Below are positions 56,701 through 64,000 of a DNA stretch of 64,000 bases, piece by piece. Below the pieces are notes generated by a model. It saw only the letters and a program-made list of their open reading frames with translations, did no database searches and was not told the DNA's origin. Origin of the DNA: Eledone cirrhosa (lineage: Eukaryota); the NCBI GenBank assembly GCA_964016885.1, contig OZ024740.1:371504001-371568000 (forward strand), given 5' to 3'. Both the position numbers and the translations under genes were made by a program. Position 1 is the stretch's first letter. Each line of letters opens with the position of its first letter.

Positions 56701-58153
56701 ATTCCATCTTTCACTATATTCCATCTTTAACTATATTCCATCATTCATTATATTCCATCTTTCACTATATTCCATCTTTCACTATATTCCATCTTTCATT
56801 ATATTCCATCTTTCACTATATTTCATCTTTCACTATATTCCATCTTTCATTATATTCCATCTTTCACTATATTCCATCTTTCATTATATTCCATAATTCA
56901 TTATATTCCATCTTTCACTATATTCCATCTTTCATTATATTCCATCTTTCACTATATTCCATCTTTCATTATATTCCATCTTTCACTATATTCCATCTTT
57001 CATTATATTCCATAATCCATTATATTCCATCTCTCACGATATTCCATCTTTCAGTATATTCCATCTTTCACTATATTCCATCTTTCACTATATTCCATCT
57101 TCCACTATATTTCATCTTTCACTATATTCCATAATTCATTATATTCCATCTTTCACTATATTCCATCTTTCACTATATTCCATAATTCATTATATTCCAT
57201 CTTTCACTATATTCCATCTTTCATTATATTCCATCTTTAACTATATTCCATCTTTCACTATATTCCATCTTTCATTATATTCCATCTTTCACTATATTCC
57301 ATCTTTCACTATATTCCATCTTTCACTATATTCCATCATTCACTATATTCCATCTTTCACTATATTCCATCTTTCACTATATTCCATAATTCATTATATT
57401 CCATCTTTCACTATATTTCATCTTTCACTATATTCCATCTTTCACTATATTCCATCTTTCACTATATTCCTTCATTCACTATATTCCATCTTTCACTATA
57501 TTCCACTTTTCACTATATTCCATCTTTCACTATATTCCATCTTTCACTATATTCCATCTTTCATTATATTCCATCTTTCACTATATTCCATCTTTCACTA
57601 TATTCCATCTTTCACTATATTCCATCTTTCCCTATATTCCATCTTTCACTATATTCTATCTTTCACTATATTCCATCTTTCACTATATTCCATAATTCAT
57701 TATATTCCATCTTTCACTATATTCCATCTTTCACTATATTCCATCTTTCACTATATTCCATCTTTCACTATATTCCATCATTCACTATATTCCATCTTTC
57801 ACTATATTCCATCTTTCACTATATTCCATCTTTCATTATATTCCATCTTTCACTATATTCCATCTTTCACTATATTCCATCTTTCATTATATTGCATCTT
57901 TCACTATATTCCATCTTTCACTATATTCCATCTTTCAATATATTCCATCTTTCACTATATTCCATCTTTCACTATATTCCATCATTCATTATATTCCATC
58001 TTTCACTATATTCCATCTTTCATTATATTCCATCTTTCACTATATTCCATCATTCATTATATTCCATCTTTCACTATATTCCATCTTTCATTATATTCCA
58101 TCTTTCATTATATTCCATCTTTCACTATATTCCATCTTTCATTATATTCCATC

Positions 58154-58291
58154 CAGCATAGTTACGTCCCTTTACGATCTGAGTTCAAATCCAGCCGAGG
58201 TTAACTTTGCCTTTCATCCTTACGGGGTCGATAAAATAAAGTACCAGTAATGCACTGGGTAATTTCTGGCCTTGTGCTAATAGTAGAAACA
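58154..58291 (+). mobile_element. 5'-truncated SINE in the satellite, 13-bp TSD ATTATATTCCATC
   Basis: An empty paralogous site exists at about 62962-62974. Confidence 0.93.
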
Positions 58292-58704
58292 ATTATATTC
58301 CATCTTTCACTATATTCCATCATTTCAGTATATTCAGTATATTCAATCTTTCACGATATACCATCTTTCATTATATTCCTACTTTCACTATATTCCATCT
58401 TTCACTATATTCCAGCTTTCACTATATTCCATCTTTCACTATATTCCATCTTTCATTTTATTCCATATTTAACTATATTCCATCTTTCACTATATTCCAT
58501 CTTTCACTATATTCCATCTTTCATTATATTCCATCTTTCACCATGTTCCATCTTTCACTATATTCTATCTTTCACTATATTCCATAATTCATTATATTCC
58601 ATCTTTCACTATATTCCATCTTTCATTATATTCCATCTTTCACTATATTCCATCTTTCACTATATTCCATCTTTCACTATATTCCATCTTTCATTATATT
58701 CCAT

Positions 58705-59520
58705 CATCATCTTCATCATCATCACCGTTTTACGTCCGTTCTTCCACGCTAGCATGGGTTAGACGGGTTGTCCTGTTGTGGGCAGTGTCTGGTCGGCTGA
58801 CCATGCCTTGCTCATACAGGAACTGATCTGGCTTGATTTCTACAGCTGGATGCCCTTCCTAACACCAACCTCATTTACAGTGAGTGCTGGGTGCTTTTTC
58901 GTGGCGCCTACACGTCCACTTTACAGTGTGGGCTGGGTGCTTTTTTTGCCGTGGCACCTCCACGACCACCTTGCGGTGGGGGGGGGGGGGGGGCATATTG
59001 TTTATATGCTTCAGCATGTACCCATGGGAGGTCGGGTACCCTGTATTACTGCGTGACGCCAGAAGTCACGGTCGTGTGTCATTGACTTTGAGAGGTGTAG
59101 TTGGGTAAGGTCGGCTTTTATCACCTCATCCCAAGTCATCTTGGGTCTCCCCACTCCGCGGTTTCCATCAACTTCTAGTGCTCTGCACCTTTTTATGCAG
59201 CTGTCATCCTTCATACGCATCACATGTCCATACCAGCGTAACCGCCTCTCCTGCACGCAGCATTTGATTCCTCTTATGCTCAGTCTCTCTCTCAATTCAT
59301 TTATGCTTTGTCGTTCACGTATATTACTGTTACACATCCATCGGAGCATGCAGGCTTCGTTTCTCTCTAATCTACGTAAGTCTTCCACCTTCAGCGCCCA
59401 GGTCTCACTACCATGCAACATCGCTGTTCGGATACACGCATCATACAGTCTGCCTTTCATTCTGAGGGAGAAGCCTTTTGCAGCTAGCAGTGGTAGTAGT
59501 TCCCTAAACTTCTTCCATCC
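58705..59520 (-). mobile_element. Second, shorter 5'-truncated RTE copy in the satellite
   Basis: Nearly identical to 39685-40495; ORF end 59011-59520; empty paralogous site at about 63370. Confidence 0.95.
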
Positions 59521-62500
59521 ATCTTTCACTATATTCCATCTTTCACTATATTCTATCTTTCACTATATTCCATAATTCATTATATTCCATCTTTCACTAT
59601 ATTCCATCTCTCACTATATTCCATCATTCATTATATTTCATCATTCACTATATTCCATCATTCATTATATTTCATATTTCACTATATTCCATCTTTCACT
59701 ATGTTCCATCTTTCATTATATTCCATCTTTCACTATATTCCATCTTTCACTATATTCCATTTTTCACTATATTCCATCTTTCACTATATTCCATCTTTCA
59801 TTATATTCCATCTTTCACTATATTCCATCTTTCATTATATTCCATATTTAACTATATTCCATCTTTCACTATATTCCATCTTTCACTATATTCCATCTTT
59901 CACTATATTCCATCTTTCATTATATTCCATCATTCACTATATTCCATCATTCATTATATTCCATACTTCACTATATTCCATCTTTCACGATATTCCATCT
60001 TTCATTATATTCCATCTTTCACTATATTCCATCTTTCACTATATTCCATCTTTAACTATATTCCATCTGTCACTATATTCCATCTTTCCCTATATTCCAT
60101 CTTTCATTATATTCCATATTTAACTATATTCCATCTTTCACTATATTCCATCATTCACTATATTCCATCTTTCATTATATTCCATCTTTCACTATATTCC
60201 ATCTTTCACTATATTCTATCTTTCACTATATTCCATAATTCATTATATTCCATCTTTCACTATATTCCATCTTTCACTATATTCCATCATTCATTATATT
60301 CCATCATTCACTATATTCCATCATTCATTATATTCCATATTTCACTATATTCCATCTTTCACGATATTCCATCTTTCACTATATTCCATCTTTCACTATA
60401 TTCCATCCTTCACTATATTCCATCTTTCACTATATTCCATATTTCACTATATTCCATCTTTCACGATATTCCATCTTTCATTATATTCCATCTTTCACTA
60501 TATTCCATCTTTCACTATATTCCATCTTTCACTATATTCCATGATTCATTATATTCCATATTTCACTATATTCCATCTTTCACTATATTCCATCTTTCAT
60601 TATATTCCATCTTTCACTATATTCCATCTTTCACTATATTCCATCTTTCATTATATTCCATCTTTCACTATATTCCATCTGTCATTATATTCCATATTTA
60701 ATTATATTCCATCTTTCACTATATTCCATCCTTCACTATATTCCATCTTTCACTATATTCCATCTTTCATTATGTTCCATCATTCACTATATTCCATCAT
60801 TCATTATATTCCATCTTTCACTATATTGCATCTTTCACGATATTCCATCTTTCATTATATTCCATCTTTCACTATATTCCATCTTTCACTATATTCCATC
60901 TTTCACTATATTCCATCTTTCACTATATTCCATCTTTCATTATATTCCATATTTAACTATATTCCATCTTTCACTATATTCCATCTTTCACTATATTCCA
61001 TCTTTCACTATATTCTATCTTTCATTATATTCCATAATTCATTATATTCCATCTTTCACTATATTCCATGTTTAACTATATTCCATTTTTCACTATATTC
61101 CATCTTTCACTATACTCCATCTTTCATTATATTCCATCTTTCACTATATTCCATCTTTCACTATATTATATCTTTCACTATATTCCATAACTCATTATAT
61201 TCCTTCTTTCACTATATTCCATCTTTCACTATATTCCATCATTCATTATATTCCATCATTCACTATATTCCATCATTCATTATATTCCATATTTCACTAT
61301 ATTCCATCTTTCACGATATTCCATCTTTCATTATATTCCATCTTTCACTATATTCCATCTTTCACTATATTCCATCTTTCACTATATTCCATCATTCATT
61401 ATATTCCATCTTTCACTATATTCCATCTTTCACTATATTCCATCATTCATTATATTCCATCATTCACTATATTCCATCATTCATTATATTCCATCTTTCA
61501 CTATATTCCATCTTTCACTATGTTCCATCTTTCATTATATTCCATCTTTCACTATATTTCATCTTTCACTATATTCCATCTTTCATTATATTCCATCTTT
61601 CACTATATTCCATCTTTCATTATATTCCATAATTCATTATATTCCATCTTTCACTATATTCCATCTTTCATTATATTCCATCTTTCACTATATTCCATCT
61701 TTCATTATATTCCATCTTTCACTATATTTCATCTTTCATTATATTCCATAATCCATTATATTCCATCTTTCACGATATTCCATCTTTCATTATATTCCAT
61801 CTTTCACTATATTCCATCTTTCACTATATTCTATCTTCCACTATATTCCATCTTTCACTATATTCAATCTTTCACTATATTCCATCTTTCACTATATTCC
61901 ATCTTTCACTATATTCCATGTTTCATTATATTCCATCTTTCACTATATTCCATCTTTCATTATATTCCATCTTTCACTATATTCCATCTTTCACTATATT
62001 CCATAATTCATTATATTCCATCTTTCACTATATTCCATCTTTCATTATATTCCATCTTTAACTATATTCCATCTTTCACTATATTCCATCTTTCATTATA
62101 TTCCATCTTTCACTATATTCCATCTTTCACTATATTCCATCTTTCACTATATTCCATCATTCACTATATTCCATCTTTCACTATATTCCATCTTTCACTA
62201 TATTCCATAATTCATTATATTCCATCTTTCACTATATTTCATCTTTCACTATATTCCATCTTTCACTATATTCCATCTTTCACTATATTCCTTCATTCAC
62301 TATATTCCATCTTTCACTATATTCCACTTTTCACTATATTCCATCTTTCACTATATTCCATCTTTCACTATATTCCATCTTTCATTATATTCCATCTTTC
62401 ACTATATTCCATCTTTCACTATATTCCATCTTTCACTATATTCCATCTTTCCCTATATTCCATCTTTCACTATATTCTATCTTTCACTATATTCCATCTT

Positions 62501-64000
62501 TCACTATATTCCATAATTCATTATATTCCATCTTTCACTATATTCCATCTTTCACTATATTCCATCTTTCACTATATTCCATCTTTCACTATATTCCATC
62601 ATTCACTATATTCCATCTTTCACTATATTCCATCTTTCACTATATTCCATCTTTCATTATATTCCATCTTTCACTATATTCCATCTTTCACTATATTCCA
62701 TCTTTCATTATATTGCATCTTTCACTATATTCCATCTTTCACTATATTCCATCTTTCAATATATTCCATCTTTCACTATATTCCATCTTTCACTATATTC
62801 CATCATTCATTATATTCCATCTTTCACTATATTCCATCTTTCATTATATTCCATCTTTCACTATATTCCATCATTCATTATATTCCATCTTTCACTATAT
62901 TCCATCTTTCATTATATTCCATCTTTCATTATATTCCATCTTTCACTATATTCCATCTTTCATTATATTCCATCTTTCACTATATTCCATCATTTCAGTA
63001 TATTCAGTATATTCAATCTTTCAGATATACCATCTTTCATTATATTCCTACTTTCACTATATTCCATCTTTCACTATATTCCAGCTTTCACTATATTCCA
63101 TCTTTCACTATATTCCATCTTTCATTTTATTCCATATTTAACTATATTCCATCTTTCACTATATTCCATCTTTCACTATATTCCATCTTTCATTATATTC
63201 CATCTTTCACCATGTTCCATCTTTCACTATATTCTATCTTTCACTATATTCCATAATTCATTATATTCCATCTTTCACTATATTCCATCTTTCATTATAT
63301 TCCATCTTTCACTATATTCCATCTTTCACTATATTCCATCTTTCACTATATTCCATCTTTCATTATATTCCATCTTTCACTATATTCCATCTTTCACTAT
63401 ATTCTATCTTTCACTATGTTCCATAATTCATTATATTCCATCTTTCACTATATTCCATCTCTCACTATATTCCATCATTCATTATATTTCATCATTCACT
63501 ATATTCCATCATTCATTATATTTCATATTTCACTATATTCCATCTTTCACTATGTTCCATCTTTCATTATATTCCATCTTTCACTATATTCCATCTTTCA
63601 CTATATTCCATCTTTCACTATATTCCATCTTTCACTATATTCCATCTTTCATTATATTCCATCTTTCACTATATTCCATCTTTCATTATATTCCATATTT
63701 AACTATATTCCATCTTTCACTATATTCCATCTTTCACTATATTCCATCTTTCACTATATTCCATCTTTCATTATATTCCATCATTCACTATATTCCATCA
63801 TTCATTATATTCCATACTTCACTATATTCCATCTTTCACGATATTCCATCTTTCATTATATTCCATCTTTCACTATATTCCATCTTTCACTATATTCCAT
63901 CTTTAACTATATTCCATCTTTCACTATATTCCATCTTTCACTATATTCCATCTTTCATTATATTCCATATTTAACTATATTCCATCTTTCACTATATTCC

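Larger units (their letters stand above)
22561..64000 (+). repeat. 17-bp satellite DNA array, consensus TATATTCCATCTTTCAC, extending beyond the window
   Basis: More than 2000 tandem monomers in one orientation. Common variants are CAT for CAC, CATCATTC, CATAATTC and CATATTTAAC. Kb-scale blocks recur. Confidence 0.99.

Noticed and set aside
26607-58291. Unique inserts in the satellite as CRISPR-like spacers
   Set aside because: They are recognisable SINE and LINE copies with TSDs
22638-63974. Very long ORFs (up to 1341 aa) of repeating YSIFHYIPSFTIFHLSL
   Set aside because: Three 17-bp monomers give a 51-nt period with no stop codon in any plus frame. All three frames are open, so these are satellite artefacts.

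Overview
Eukaryotic, AT-rich, repeat-dominated DNA with no supportable host gene. The SINE, RTE and (TA)n/(CA)n repertoire suggests an animal, probably a cephalopod such as Octopus (inference only). Positions 1-22.5 kb are a mosaic of retroelement fragments embedded in microsatellites: a Penelope-like element (PLE; RT C-terminus plus GIY-YIG) with an inverted partial copy, a non-autonomous LTR element nested in its 3' end, tRNA-derived SINEs, and RTE- and Tx1-like 3' ends. This part also carries roughly 15 type I hammerhead ribozyme (HHR) motifs from about 6 sequence families, many in fold-back or head-to-tail units flanked by (TA)n. Positions 22.56-64 kb are a 17-bp satellite (TATATTCCATCTTTCAC) with kb-scale higher-order duplications. 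It is interrupted by three SINE and two RTE insertions whose position and orientation are fixed relative to the monomer. The long ORFs in the satellite are artefacts. All structures were derived by eye and boundaries are approximate to a few bp.
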